The translations under genes and the position numbers were made by a program. From Phoronis australis (Eukaryota; Animalia; Phoronida): a stretch of 64,000 nt of DNA. The notes under the pieces are model-generated. The model had not been told where the DNA came from and did not search any database. It saw nothing but the letters and a program-made list of their open reading frames with translations. The stretch covers positions 411,354-475,353 of the forward strand of contig NMRA01000344.1 of NCBI GenBank assembly GCA_002633005.1, read 5' to 3'. Each line of letters starts with the position of its first letter. Within the stretch, counting starts at the first letter, position 1. Below are positions 1-14,400 of this stretch, piece by piece.

Positions 1-1723
1 CCCCCCCCCCCCCACCCCCGGCCGTGTCAGATACCACTTGTTTGTGATTTTGGTCATTTTCCTTGCAACATGACGTGGGTTTCGTAAAGTGTAACAATGG
101 TAAATTTCTCGCATGTGCATTCGACGTGAAATGTAACAACTACGTAAAATGTAACAACTCGTTACATTTTAGGAGGGGCTTAGTAGAGTAAACATACATG
201 GTATTGCCAGCCCTTTCGAAGAAAAAAGCTCACCTTGACTCTCTCGGTGAGGTTTAATCAACACTCTTATCTCAAGATTATTTTCCTCATCGTTGTCAGT
301 TCTAAGAAAGAAAAAGCGAAAGAAGTATAGCTAAATTGAAACGAATAAAAGTGAACTGGTTTTCTTAGACAAATATCATCATTGCACTAGCTTGTAGAAC
401 CTGTTCGAGGGCATACCCAGTAATACGATCTCATGATAAATTAGAGTAAACACATTTTCTCACGAACTTTGTATGTTGTCGAATTATCAAGAGCTTCGTG
501 TCTACTTAGTTATGCAATTTCTCGTTGCTCTAAAAATTACAGCGATCTCACAAAATCTATTGAGACTTCATGATTTCTGCTTATGAGACTACTGCAAAGC
601 AGAGCATTAACTTGTCTTGTGATACACCTTAGGAAAATGTAATCCAATGAACATTACCGAGCAAACCAACTTGCTTTTGGCACACCATACACAAGACAAA
701 ATGTTTTACAGAATGAGTTTTACAACAATTAAGAGACTAAAGTGCTTATAAGCCGCCATCATAAAAAGGACATTGATTTAGACCACATGCCGTTATGAAG
801 TTGACCCAAATTGGGTTGTTTATAGCGGATGTTATTATGTTTGATTGGGAAATTTGTTTGAAAAGATGTCACGAGACTAGCAGATGGATTTCGGAAAACC
901 TTAGAATTCCTGGAAACCGGAACTGAATAGGTACGTGGATGAAGACAATGACCATACGCCGAGAGCTCACACGTGTATTGTCTACAAAGGCGTTCTTACC
1001 TGAGTATTGTGAACTAACACCATTCATCTTATCGGTTTATTGTCTCTACGTCCAATAATATTATCACTGAGGATATAGATAAAGTCCCATTAAATAATGA
1101 TCGCATTAGAATAATACGGGGAGATTTTCATTAACACTGCACACTGAAGTGATAGAACAGTGGCGTAGCACAAAACACAAAACATATAGGCAATGTTGCC
1201 ACAAAACTATACTCAAACTCTTCACGAGACCATTGAATTGTATACTGATACACCAAATTTTTTCCGTGGTATGAAGTCAAATGATGAACGCTGCACTTCC
1301 GTCCTAGGCGCAGATTATACTCTCTTAACTCGAGATGGTCGAGATGGACATCGAAATTATTTTGCCATTTTCTGTTCTACATTTGCACGAACTCGGGGTA
1401 AGTGTCTATTATTTCACGCACGAGTAAGTGATGGCTTACGTGGCTAATCGTCTAATCTTAGTTTGCACTTCATGACCCAATCATTGCTAAAAGGCAGAAC
1501 TTGAACTCAAAATTTCGAGTTGATACTCAACGGAAACCTTGAGCTTTTATTCAAGATTTTAAGTCGATCATCAAATGCAAATTTGGACGAGAAATTCATT
1601 TGCATTAACCAAACTATATTCGAGCACAGAATAAAAGACGCAGACCTTGAGTTCGCAAAGAAGTAGAACGGAAAATGGGGAAAATAATAATGACTTCGAT
1701 TGCGCCGTAAAGAAGATTGGACC

Positions 1724-1867
1724 CGGCGTGCGTTCAGTAGCGTTAGGACCTAACTAAGATCTAGCCAAATTCATGTGCTCTCTTTTAAAATACACGACAA
1801 TATCTCCTGTAATCTCGCGAAGTCTTGCTTTTTAGCGAGGTCCTAGTGTTACTGGACGCGAGGCAGG
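1724..1867. mobile_element. Small degenerate MITE with about 29-bp imperfect terminal inverted repeats
   Basis: gcgttcagtagcgttaggacct near 1730 is the imperfect reverse complement of aggtcctagtgttactggacgc near 1838. Confidence 0.45.
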
Positions 1868-2019
1868 TTTCATCTGCTTATAAAGTGCATCGGATTAAAC
1901 TTGAATGTTTCCTTTCCATGATAACATCTATTTTAATATTCAGTTGGAATTGAGGGGTGATTTGTTTTACTCGCAAAATAAAAAATAAAAAGACGTCGCA
2001 GGGATGTCGCAAGGCATGG

Positions 2020-2160
2020 TTAAACATGCGAGATCCATGCGAAGGGCGTAAGCGCGTCGCAGGGTTATCGCCTATGGGGCACTACCATTGTTTTCCTTTG
2101 TTGCGTCTTTGTTGGATACACTGTAACAATTCAGGTCCCACGCATATCGTACCTTGGGTG
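2020..2160 (+). repeat. Dispersed repeat fragment; inverted homologue at about 46745-46880
   Basis: tgcgagatccatgcga...ggttatcgcctatggg...cattgtttt...gttggata...gtaccttggg aligns to the reverse complement of 46745-46880. Confidence 0.6.
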
Positions 2161-2229
2161 CACATCAGCCGACAGTAAAATACAAATTCTATATACAATT
2201 ATACACAAATACATAAACTGATAAACTAG

Positions 2230-3290
2230 TGTTAATATTACAATAATATGTTTTGAATAAAATGTGATTACACAATAACTGATTTAATTAAAAATAAGCA
2301 CAGGTATAGGATGTTATCGACCCACACAAGAGATTTAATATTAAAAAGAAGTTTTGAAACTATTTCAAATGAAACCTTAATTTCGTTTAATTCAAGTTCT
2401 GTACAACCATTTAAAAATAAATTTGTTATACATTTGAAGAAGATCTGAATATTTTTGTAAACATTGGGGTATTGTTCGAGTGTCTGGAAAAGCTGCTCCC
2501 TCTTCTCTCGCATACCGTACAAGCAAAGGAATTTTGAGCATTTGTCTGAGTGTCTCCACAGGAGCAGAGAGGTGAAATATTGTTAAACTTATGTCTTAAT
2601 TTGTCGTTGTTTAGGAATAGTCCGCATCTCGGTTATTTCATGGTGGAGATGGAGTTGGAATGGCGTTGATGGGACTCGCAAGTCTAGAGTAGTGATAAGC
2701 AGCTTAAAGTTTTTTATGAGAGTGAAAATTGAAGAGCTTTCTTTTATTTTGGATGGTAAGGAATTCCACCTGTGAATTCAAATTAATATCGTGAAGGCTT
2801 GGTTGGGGGAAGATGGTATAGTCCAGCTCTTGAGTGAAGGCTTTTGTAGAAGTCAAGGAGGATTTTGTTTGAATAATTCTTTATGCTATTTAAGACTTCG
2901 AATATTTTCGTGGACAGTAGAAATTTACGACGGGCTGCTAGTTTGCACCAGTTTAGACCATTTAGAACCTTGATTGTGTTGGACCCTTTGTTTGCTCCTG
3001 TTATGACTAAAGCGGCTTGGTAGTGTAGTCTTTCTAATTGAAGAAGTATGCCTACATTTGCTGATTGGTACATTATGTCACAGTAATCTAGATGTGTAAG
3101 TACAAAGTCTTGAACAGAGTTTCAAGATTAATGGAGATATAAGGTGACGAGAGACGATTCTAACTGGATTGATTAATTTTTGTACCGTATGATTCTAGTA
3201 CGCGACAGTGAGGAGTAAATGTAAGCTTATGGTCTAGTAGCAAACCAAGGTGTTAATGTGTGTGCTTTTTGGAATAAACTCCCCATTCAG
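2230..3290 (-). mobile_element. Decayed CR1/L2-type LINE, 3' part of ORF2 and 3' tail
   Basis: Minus-strand peptides LERLHYQAALVITGA...LNW..LAARRK and WNSLP..IK.SSS match the post-RT region of CR1-clade ORF2; frameshifts present. Confidence 0.75.
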
Positions 3291-4039
3291 TGATTGGTCC
3301 TCCTTTATTACTGACTGTTGTACTGAGCTCAAGAGTATGAGTGACCAGTCAAAGTTCACCCTTGACGTCTTGAGCTACATACTAGAGTAAAAAACCAAGG
3401 AGCTCAGCTAAATGACGTGATCATACAGAGCAAGCGAATATCAGGCAGTCCTTCCGGTAAACAAGTAGTTTATCAGGTACATAATAATAGACAGTTATAT
3501 TGAGCTTCCTCAAAAGTAAATCAGAAAGTTTCACAAAAATTTAGAATTCAACTTCTAAGATCAGACCTCGTGCCCAGGTGTTTCAAATAAAATTGGAAAC
3601 AAGGACATGGTTAAAATATTGTATTCCACATCTATTGCTATGTAACTCGACCATTTTTACATGTATATCTAATACTTTGAACTAAAAGCTCCTGATTTTC
3701 CTATGAAATATAATTTAAAGGAAATTACTTTACAACTCAGCCGTTAATGCGAATAGTGACGACCGAATTTAACGTGCACCCTTAAGCCTTTAGGCTAGAT
3801 AGTGGTCTTCAACTGCGTGGTATTATAAATTACAACTAAAGTACACCGCGTGAGCGTCTTATCAGCGCGTCATTTCCTTGTTCAAATGTGAACAAACACA
3901 AGGAACTGGTGAAATTTCGAGAAGCCCCGCTTTTGGTAGACTATAAAAATTGCTATCATACTCTACAAAATGCCTTAAGTTTCATGTAAGACATGACGTT
4001 GCTATAACTGTTGGCCAACAATTGTTTAAACAAAATGAA

Positions 4040-4490
4040 GCATACATGTAAATATCTAAAGTTATTTAGCACCCTTCGGAACATAATACTCAGAAATGGC
4101 TATTTGGATTCATATGTAACTTTTAGATATCATACTTCATGCTGTGTTCTCAAAACGCTATTTGGGATTGTTTTTAAAATGTTCCACTTTTGATTCAGGG
4201 GCTCACAAAACTAGAAACTTGATTGATTCTATGAAATAACTCAATAGTTGCATAAAACGATAACGAAACAATCACTTAGAAAACTGAACCAACGTTTTTG
4301 AGATTTCATCTTGATCATTTATATCTAATGAAGTTTGGTCACGTTATTACCACCGTTGTTTTGCTAGCCCATGACTGTACCTTTCTTTTAAGCGAAATAT
4401 TACTTTAAAGATATGGTCACGCCACAAACTGGTAAAAAGCCAAAAATCAAATTCTGCAGATGTTCTGCTTTCAGAAAAAGAGGAACACGC
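4040..4490 (+). repeat. Old dispersed repeat; second copy at about 8650-9080
   Basis: Collinear shared blocks: ttcggaa..ctcagaa, gatttcatcttga.catt.atatc, aagtttggtc, accgttgttttt, caaaaatcaaatt, ctttcaga. Confidence 0.6.
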
Positions 4491-4682
4491 AAATGCACGT
4501 TTTCTGGGGTTTTTGGGAGCACTTTGGAAACCCCACTGCATTATTATTAATATTATTATTATCATTTATTTATACATTAATGTTGTTATTTACTACCGTT
4601 AATTATTATATATTTATCATTATTATTATAACTATTATAATTATTATTGGGGGGCGAGAGTAGTGGGTAGACGTCTGTGATA

Positions 4683-4683
<1 letters not shown>

Positions 4684-4735
<52 letters not shown>
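4684..4735. repeat. (TAT)n microsatellite with degenerate flank from about 4540
   Basis: Direct reading. Confidence 0.95.
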
Positions 4736-4737
<2 letters not shown>

Positions 4738-5426
4738 AAGTTCTTACTAGTAAAAACGAAATGTTAAATATCTTAAGTTAATGGTGAGGACAATTGAATA
4801 ATATGTCCGGACAAGTAAATTTTAGAACGATTTTTACCAGATAGATTCAAGTATTGTCCATTTGTAAACGTAATATCAGATGTTTATGCATCCAAAAGGT
4901 GGAAGTCTTGCCATGTACGCATGGCTTGTTTTACAAGCTGCTAAAAACCTAGCAATGAACCCGCGTCAGCACTGAGTACGGTGAAAATTCAGTTCCTATT
5001 TGTAAATACTGCGAATTCATGGATTTAAACGTTATCACATGAGTCAATACCTGCGCAAATATCCTTATCTACTGGTTTCATATCGTTGTCGTGTGTGCAC
5101 AAGACTGCGCAATTTTGATCATTCGGTATGGCAAGGTGACGCACCTTGCGTGTGACGTTACATGTAGATCAGCATTTTGTGTACTTGTTTCCGAAGCTTT
5201 GTTAAAAGTTAAAAAGGGACCGACTCGCACAAAAGGAACACTATACTTGGTACGTGTCTTAAATGTATTTTCACATTAATGAAACTGTTCCTAAGAGCTT
5301 AAGTATGAGTAAAAATATACGGTAACTCATTGCTAAAAATATATGCAGTAACAGTTCGACTGATTTGTGAACACTGAGACAATAACTGTTTTCTTACCAT
5401 TGTCAGGATATACGCCATCTAGGGAG

Positions 5427-5496
5427 ATGTTTTTGTGGAAAAGTGAAAGTCTTCTTCATCTGCTGGCTATTCTGCTACTTTTACCTAGTTGGAACT
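5427..5496 (+). CDS. Gene 1 exon 1: signal peptide MFLWKSESLLHLLAILLLLPSWN(C)
   Basis: ATG 5427, hydrophobic core, donor T|gtaagt (phase 1). Upstream acceptor ...ttgtcag|G at 5407 implies a 5'UTR exon further left. Confidence 0.8.
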
Positions 5497-8400
5497 GTAA
5501 GTATAACACAAGACACGACAATCATGATTTCTACACGTCAGGGAAATTAACTATTAGCCTACGTTCAGCCCTCAAAAAGGGTATTCCTTGTAATTAATTA
5601 AGACGAAGTTTGAATTGAAATGTTTCGGAAATATCCACTTTTATGTTTTAGATACAGTATCAATTTAAGTTTAGGCTTGGTTTAAACTGTTAATGTCCGT
5701 TTATGGTTGCTTGGTTCAATATCCTGAAATACAACATAGTTGCCCCGGATTGATGAAGCTCACTCAGTTTTGCGACGGTATTTTGGAGATTATTTTGGGT
5801 AGGGTAACATACTCGAAGTTGTTGGCTTTGGAGCCAGAGAAATAAAAAATAAATTTTGTTGTGTTTTTGTGATTTCATTACAAATCACTGATCACAACCT
5901 CACCAGCCAGTATAAATGAAGATGGCCGACGCGGGGGGTATACAATACCGGGGTGATAAAAACCATGGGGTAATTATAACCACCTGAATGTGCGTTGGTA
6001 AAGAGGTAAAGAGCCTCACCCGTTGGAAGAATAACAGTTCTTAGCCACTAAAAAGGGAATGTGCCATCTGGTTATCGCCATTTACATCTTAGAAATTTTT
6101 ACCTGTCGGAATTTCGCTAGTCAGAAACCGAAAGTTACAAAAATACTTATTCAAGACGTGTGGGAACCCGGTTTCTGAAACATGACTTAATTTTGAAATG
6201 CCAAGAGGATTTCAAACTTGGTTTTCCGTTGATCATAATTAGTTGAGTATAAGCTTGTACCTGGCCGATCAATTTATAATGGTCTTAACGTCCCATTAAT
6301 GAGATTTTTCTTCCTTACTCATCACCTAAATTAAAGCAAGGCATTTAAAGCAGAAAAAACAATCAATTTTAAACGTACACACACCATGATAAAAGATTTC
6401 CGTCTCTAACTATGTCATCCAGGGCGTCAGCAAGTACTATAAGTTTCAAAAAGTATGCGATTATGATCGAGTGTGAGAACCCGTCAAAACTAAGGGCATA
6501 CATTTTAAGGATAAACACCAAGGGCTGTTATGGAACGGGAAATTTCGAGACAAGTTAATTTCTATTCTTAGGTCCTACTTGAGAATGAAATACACCTCTA
6601 ACTTTGAAAACTTGAAAAATACAGTCATCGTTCAGAAACAGTGATCCGCTTCACAGTAAGAAAATGAATTCCCAAAATATACATATCAAAGCGTTAGGCA
6701 TTTCCGACCAAATTCGAGCATGTGTGAATAGTGCAAGTTTCTTAGAACAATAGGGTCGAATAAAAATAGAGCACTTACTTTGTTTAGTTTGGTAGAAACA
6801 TTTCTGAACAAAATAGAGCGCTGCACGTACACGGTGAGATAGTCTTTTCAAAAATGTGTTTCGAATTAAGTGGTGCATTGTTCTTTATTATGTAGGCCAA
6901 ACGTCATCGACAAAGGTCACTTCTTCAACCTTCAAAACATCTGATAGAAACGCCATTACAACTACAACGCGATCGATAAAAGCCACTGCAACGGCCAACA
7001 GCACGACAAAAAAAGTGGAGTCTACTTTATCAAGTTCAGAGACATCTGATCCCAACTCTACCGCAACCATGTTGCTTACGCAAAACGTCACTGCGACCGC
7101 TAGCAGTACATTAAGGAACATGGTGTCGACGTTATCGAGTTCCAAGACATCTGCTGTCAACTTTACTACAACCACATTGCACACGCCAAATACCACTGCA
7201 ACCGCTAGCAGTACGTCAAAGAACACGGTGTCCACTATATCGAGTTCCAAGACATCTGCTCTCAACTTTACAACAACCACATTGCACACGCCAGATACCA
7301 CTGCAACCGCTAGCAGTACGTCAAAGAACACGGTGTCCACTTTATCGAGCTCCAAGTCATCTGTTCTCAAATTTACTACAACCATATTGCAAACGCCAAA
7401 TACCACTGCAACCGTTAGCAGTACGTCAAAGAACACACTGTCCACTTTATCGAGTTCCAAGACATCTGCTCTCAACTTTAATACAACCACATTGCACACG
7501 CCAAATACCACTGCAACCGCTAGCAGTACGCTAAAGAACACAGTGTCCCCTTTACCGAGTTCCAATACATCTGCTCTCAACTTTACTACAACCNNNNNNN
7601 NNNNNNNNNNNNNNNNNNNNNNNNNNNNNNNNNNNNNNNNNNNNNNNNNNNNNNNNNNNNNNNNNNNNNNNNNNNNNNNNNNNNNNNNNNNNNNNNNNNN
7701 NNNNNNNNNNNNNNNNNNNNNNNNNNNNNNNNNNNNNNNNNNNNNNNNNNNNNNNNNNNNNNNNNNNNNNNNNNNNNNNNNNNNNNNNNNNNNNNNNNNN
7801 NNNNNNNNNNNNNNNNNNNNNNNNNNNNNNNNNNNNNNNNNNNNNNNNNNNNNNNNNNNNNNNNNNNNNNNNNNNNNNNNNNNNNNNNNNNNNNNNNNNN
7901 NNNNNNNNNNNNNNNNNNNNNNNNNNNNNNNNNNNNNNNNNNNNCAAGACATCTGCTCTCAACTTTACTACAACCACATTGCACACACCAAATACCACTG
8001 CAACCGCTAGCAGTACGTCAAAGAATACGATGTCCACTTTATCGAGTTCCAAGACATCTGCTCTCAACTTTACTACAACCACATTGCACACGCCAAAGAC
8101 CACTGCAACCGCTAGCAGTACGTCAAAGAACACGGTGTCCCCTTTATCGAGTTCCAAGACATCTGCTCTCAACTTTACTACAACCACATTGCACACACCA
8201 AATACCACTGCAACCGCTAGCAGTACGTCAAAGAATACGATGTCCACTTTATCGAGTTCCAAGACATCTGCTCTCAACTTTAATACAACCACATTGCACA
8301 CGCCAAATACCACTGCAACCGCTAGCAGTACGTCAAAGAACACGGTGTCCCCTTTATCGAGTTCCAAGTCATCTGCTCTCAACCTTACTACAACCACATT

Positions 8401-11400
8401 GCACAAGCCAAAGACCACTGCGACCGCTAGCAGTACGTCAAAGAACACAGTGTCTACGTTATCGAGTTCCAAAGCATCTGCCCTCAACCTTACTACAACC
8501 ACAGTGCACACGCGAAAGGCCACTGGGACCGCTAGCTCTTCGTTGGCGGCGTCTACTCTGCCACCTCCGTTGAATTTAAACACAGGTGCCTTTTGTTTTT
8601 CATTGCATTGTTTGGTGTTCATTTTGGGCATTCTTTAAGCTTACATAGCACCATCTAAAATAGCCAAATTATGCACTTTTCGGAATATCATATCTCAGAA
8701 GCGGCGGATTCACAAGAAACATTCGGATACCATGATTTATTCACTGTTCACGAAAATGGTGCTTGAGATTAATTTGAAGATATGCCACTTTTGCATGAGG
8801 GCCTTACAAAATAGGACTTTTATGCTTTTTAAAGAAAAAAGACACTCAAAAGTACTACAAAACGTAGACGAAATGATAATTTAAAAACTCTTAGAGCATT
8901 TTGAAGATTTCATCTTGAACATTCATATCGATCAAAGTTTGGTCGTGCTAGTAATACCGTTGTTTTTTATGGATGCATCTGTCTGTTTTGCTAAATTTTA
9001 CATGACCACGTGATATAATTAATGATCAGGTTGATAACAAGTCAAAAATCAAATTATACAAACTTTCTACTTTCAGACAAAATATATATGTGTGTGTGTG
9101 AGTGTAAAGTTTGATTGAGTTAAAATCTATAGTTAAAATACATTGACAAATCGATAAGATCCTACATGTACATAATCTTAAGGCACGCTGACTGTTTATA
9201 TCTCTGATGATGCGTTGTTATCATGGCAGGAGCTTAAGTCTATTCCTAACTAAAAATGTGTCTAACACCCTATATACTTTAAGCCTGCACACAGTGTTTT
9301 TGAATAAACGATACCAATTCTACATTTTCCCTAATAGCTCAATGGCAACTGCTAAAAATCATTATATTTCTAATTACCTCGGTTGAAATGCAATTTCTCT
9401 TTTGAACAGGTGAAAAGTTGAAGGTCAACTCTTCGTTGAAGCTGGAAGCTTCACTGAGCTGGAACGATGATCTTAAAGATGAAAATTCATCGGTTTTTAA
9501 AAAGTACAGTTTCGCTATACAGACACAGGTAAGGCCTACGTGAGGTTTCCGAGTAAAGAATAAATTCTAATATCATGTTTTGTCATCAACACTCTGTTTA
9601 TAACAAGGGCGCAAGAACCATACTTGGCAATCTGTACTGACATCTGAATAGTCTACTTTCTTAAATACTCATTACCTATCACAATATTATGGATTAACCT
9701 GCATAGTACTTGCCCACTTTGTTACGGCAAAGTGTCTTGCACTGTTTTTCTGTGTTTATGTACAGTGATAGGAACAACGTACAACGGGCTAGTCGATCGG
9801 TTAATGTTTCTGAGCAATTCAATTTAAGCGCATCTTGATTTAAATTTCCAAGATACAAACCACAAAGAACTTGCTCTTCAACAATCAAGTTTAAAGGTGC
9901 GTGTCTCCCTGCTTAGTTAGCTAAAACCATTAGTCATGTTGGAATTTTTTACTCTATTGGAATCGATTTCATGACATGTGTTGCTGTTTTCCGTTACAAA
10001 CAAGAACACTAAAACTGTCAACAACTCTAGAGAAGTTCAACGCTTTAAGGAGTATTGGGGTCGAGCAAACCTAAAGTTGCAATATAAAAATGAAACATGT
10101 ATGAAGTTCTTTGATACTTACCGGATTATTTGTCAATAATTCAAGACTTATTAGATGAATGTTGCAATGTTTTTAAATTGCAAATTTCTTCGGTTAAGAA
10201 TACACAGAGCTTTACTTTTAAATGTTTTTGCAATTCTGAATACTTGTGTGGATGAATCGTTAATCGTCATTTCTAGTTAATGTTAAGATTGATATTGGTA
10301 GGAAAAAAAATCCCAGACCCACCGCAATTGAGTGGAAATTTGTTTACTACTTATTCAATTACAAAGGTTACACTGTTGTCACTCAAATCGAATCTCCCGC
10401 AAGGCATAAAGCACTCCTATAGGTATCCACAATCCTTTCATTCACTGAGTCGCCATCATATTGAGCGAGGAAGGTGTACATAGCATATTATGAAGCGCCA
10501 AATGGTTACGAGTACCTACCTGTCTGCGCATTAAAACGTTTTACTCAACGCGCACTGTACAAGACCAAAGTGTCACACTGTTCCAAATTGTCACAGCTTC
10601 AAATTTGCGACAATTTGGGTAAGCGTTGCAGGTCACAATTTGCCCAAGTTGTCACAATAACGTAAGCTATGTCAGAGGCATGTACTTGCTAATAAGATAG
10701 AGTGTTTCGCCAAAAAGGCGCGTTTTACTAATTATATATTTAAAACATCTTGTTTTAAAACTGATATCTTCTTGATTATGCAACTGTACTGGTTCACAGG
10801 TATACGTGGGGATTTTTGCAACTTAAAGAGTGTACATGTATAGACCGTTCAACCCGTGTTGCTAAGCCTTTTTTGTATATGCCGAAGGTTGAAGATCCGC
10901 TCTTAACAAGGCGGCACCACACAACTAAAAACCTTATCACGCACACATTTTTACCACAGAACCAAAACTCCGTTTCTGGATGTGATCGCCACCGACTGAA
11001 AACCTACCCTAAAAACACGCACGAGTATTCTCAAAAGGAAAGTTTATCACGTAATTTTGTTTTGCAACATTTTGGGTTATACGTCCCAGTTAAGGCTGCT
11101 TCAGAGCGACCAGAAAGCTAAATACGTGCAAAATGTATTATGAACCATAGTTTGAGAACTTAAGGCAATGCTGGGCGCATGACAAATCATTCAGTACCTT
11201 ACATTTAACTATTTTGCATGGTGAGAAAGCGTTCATGTTAGGAATAAGCACAACTACTTTCCCTGAAAAACACTCGCCAGCTCTTGGAAAGCCGGCACTT
11301 ACTAAAGTCTAGCCACATTAGTCAAGTTACATAAGTGATTTTCACAATTCATTTTTAAAAGAGAAGGCAACTTTTTCATGTAATTTTTAGTAAAAATACG

Positions 11401-14400
11401 GTTCGTTGATTATCCCAGACATGTTTTTTTCAGTTAAGAACGGCTTCCCGTAATTTTATTAATTAGTCGTGCCTTACTCTGGAAGTGACGTTTAGGGGGT
11501 TAAGAATTTCCCGCCATGTTGTTTTCATATAGTCTGACTATGAGAGGTTGCGATAAGCTAGGTCGTCAGTTGTGTTTTTGAGTCAATCAACATGCCACGC
11601 GGTTGCTGCGTACCGGGTTGTAATCATTATCGTCTCGCGCACTTTGGGTACGCCAATATATGGCTTTCCGAAACATGACACACTCAGACGTACTTGGCTG
11701 CGAAGGACGCAGTGTTACCCGTCCATGTAACGTACAAAGCAGTGGAGAAGTACCGAGTGTTGTAAGCATTTTTGCCGTCAGATTACGAAAGAGATATGTA
11801 CACGGAATAGATGAAAGTTCCTGCAAAACAACGCCTGAACAAAAGTGCCGTACCGTCGCTGTTGATTCCCTGCAGTGCCCTGTCGCCGCCCCCGAGAAGT
11901 GCATTTCTGAAGCGAGCTGTGGCCTCTACAGTGACTGGAGGCCCTTCATCTACTGCCACCCTTGCCTCCAAACGCACCCCCAGAGCATGCAATTCTGATA
12001 ACTAGCAATGATTTGCTCTGTGCTGGTGGTGTCTCCAGCCCTGCAACGATAATGAGTAGTGGGAGTGAATACAGACCCAGTTCGACACTCAGTGAGGAGG
12101 AGACTTCGTCGTCCAGTAAACAGGCCGGTGAGCCAAACTTTGATAAGTATATTCTGTACTTGACAAAAGTATTGGAGCTATTTACAAGGTTCCAAGTGTG
12201 TGGCGAGAGAGTCACATGGTGAGATGTAAGCGGTTTGGGTGCTCAGGTCACCATCCAGTGGGAACAGCTTAGGCAATCCAATGAGGTCAGCACAACAGTG
12301 CAAACCGTGCATTTGCACCAACAGCTGTCAGTGCTTTTTCGGCCTCACTGTACTCGGCTTCAAACATTATCCACCCACTGACTGTTGGGGAAAAAATTCC
12401 TCGTCAATACTTTAATGAACAGTCTCCGTCACTCACGGCACTGTGTCTGTGATATGGGTTGCTAACTCCAGACATTTTCAGGGTACCTCAAACTAAACGA
12501 TTCCTAAATCTAACGTAAGTGAGTTCTTTTCGTAGAATACTCGTCAATGAGACGTGGTGATGGCAATTTTAGGAAACCAGCACGAAAACAACAATGGAAG
12601 AGATCCTCACAATAAACTCTAACGCAGAAACAAAGTGGCGTGAAATTCTTAACCCCCTAAACGTCACCTCCGGTGTAGGGCACGCATAATTAATAAAATT
12701 ACGGGAAGTCGTAATTAACTGAAACATATGTCTGGGATAATCAACGAACCGTCTTTTTACCAAAAATGACATGAAAAAGGTTAGCTCCTCCTTTAATAGT
12801 GTCTTAACGTGGATTTAACAAGATAACTATATATACTTAGGCCTACATGCTGTTTAGCTCATTAAATTCTGGAAATTTAAGACAGATTTTGTAAAGGATG
12901 AAAGAGTAAACAAATATGCTTGATCATGGCCACATCGAGGAAAATTTCTGAATGTTTTATTACCGCGATTATTACTTGAGTTCGAAATGCAAACGATCAC
13001 ATTAAAAAAGATTACATGTAAATAAAACACACCGCCATATAAAGCATATGTAGTATTGCTAACTTCGACCACAATGAATTCTCCTCAACCGTCCCGTAGT
13101 AGATTATTCACTCTTGTCGGGAAATAAGATAACCTTAAGGTAGTTGGACAAAACACCGTTTTCCCGGCATGACTGTTGGTGGCCCGTCATGACCCGTCGA
13201 AGTGAATCACTTTAGTTCTATTCACCTTGTACTCAGCCAACATGACACGAATTCCAATTGTGCTCAGTCGTTTCGATGGCATGGGATTCCGTGTCATTCT
13301 ACATGATATTTTTGGCGCGCACTGTCTTTACAAAACGACTGAAGTAAACAAGGCTATGCCCCGTTCAGATTGCCATCCTACTTATCTCTTTGTAACCTTT
13401 GTCATCGCAAGAGATCGCTTTTGCTGTTATTTCCATTCTATCGACAACGTATTATGCTACTAAAGGCTTGCAGTCCTGTCTTCCACCCACGACGTGGTGG
13501 GATTCATTAGTTTAATGTGTATTTGAAATCCATTTCCAGCGGGGTATTTTGCAAAACAAGCTCCTAATCGGTTAAACATACTGAAAAGCGTATTAAGGAA
13601 ATCTATAGTTCGTTTTCTCATGAAATGGAGTTTTAGCGGTCAATGTCCGGTCCATGCTACGCTGGCCCTTAAAATGTTACTTTTGTTTCTACCCAAAGAA
13701 TTCTAGCTTTCTTAATGTATAACTAGATATAAAATATGTACTCATCACATACACGTTTGGTGATGCCACATATGATTATTAGAACAGCAACTGATATTAT
13801 AGAAAGTTCGAGTTAAAGTACTTCCCGGATATCAAAATCAACTGCTCACGCATTGGGATCAGTTCCGGGACAATATCGTCTCAAGATAGGTCATAGACTG
13901 GAGCTCCAGTGTTTTCATAATGTGTCCATGTCAAGGGGAGTAACATTTTCTTTCTTGTTTGGCTAGGTATGTCTTAAACCATTTTCTATTCAAAAAGTAC
14001 CCGAATTATAAGTTGCATATATTTGTAAGCACTCTTAATATTGTATAATATTATTTGAGCCCGAAGTGAGACTTCATGCTGTCTGTTTAGTCAATGACAA
14101 CCTCATTTCATCAATTAACAACGTGCCATTGACTTACAGCTGCAAAATGACTACAGATCGATGGCGGGGTTCCAAAGAGTTAACGTCACAGGGTTTAAAA
14201 AGGGAAGTGTGATAGTGTTATTCGAGCTGGTTCTATCACTAGATAGCCTATTACAAAAGGCGTCACAAAACTCCTCGTCCAATGCACCAACCAACCAAGC
14301 CTTTATAAACGTGTTGGAGAACATCAAGGAGGACATTAAGGAATTACCAAAAACATTTTCCATAGCTGGAAAGAACATAACAACGAACAAAAACTATTCT

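Noticed and set aside
7024-8540. Regular repeat array as a possible CRISPR
   Set aside because: Head-to-tail coding minisatellite without unique spacers, in a eukaryotic intron-exon context with no cas genes.
6888-8631. Long minus-strand ORFs (354 and 359 aa, Val/Leu/Ala-rich)
   Set aside because: Antisense shadow of the Thr/Ser repeat, lengthened by the N gap. The plus-strand exon has splice sites and domain context.
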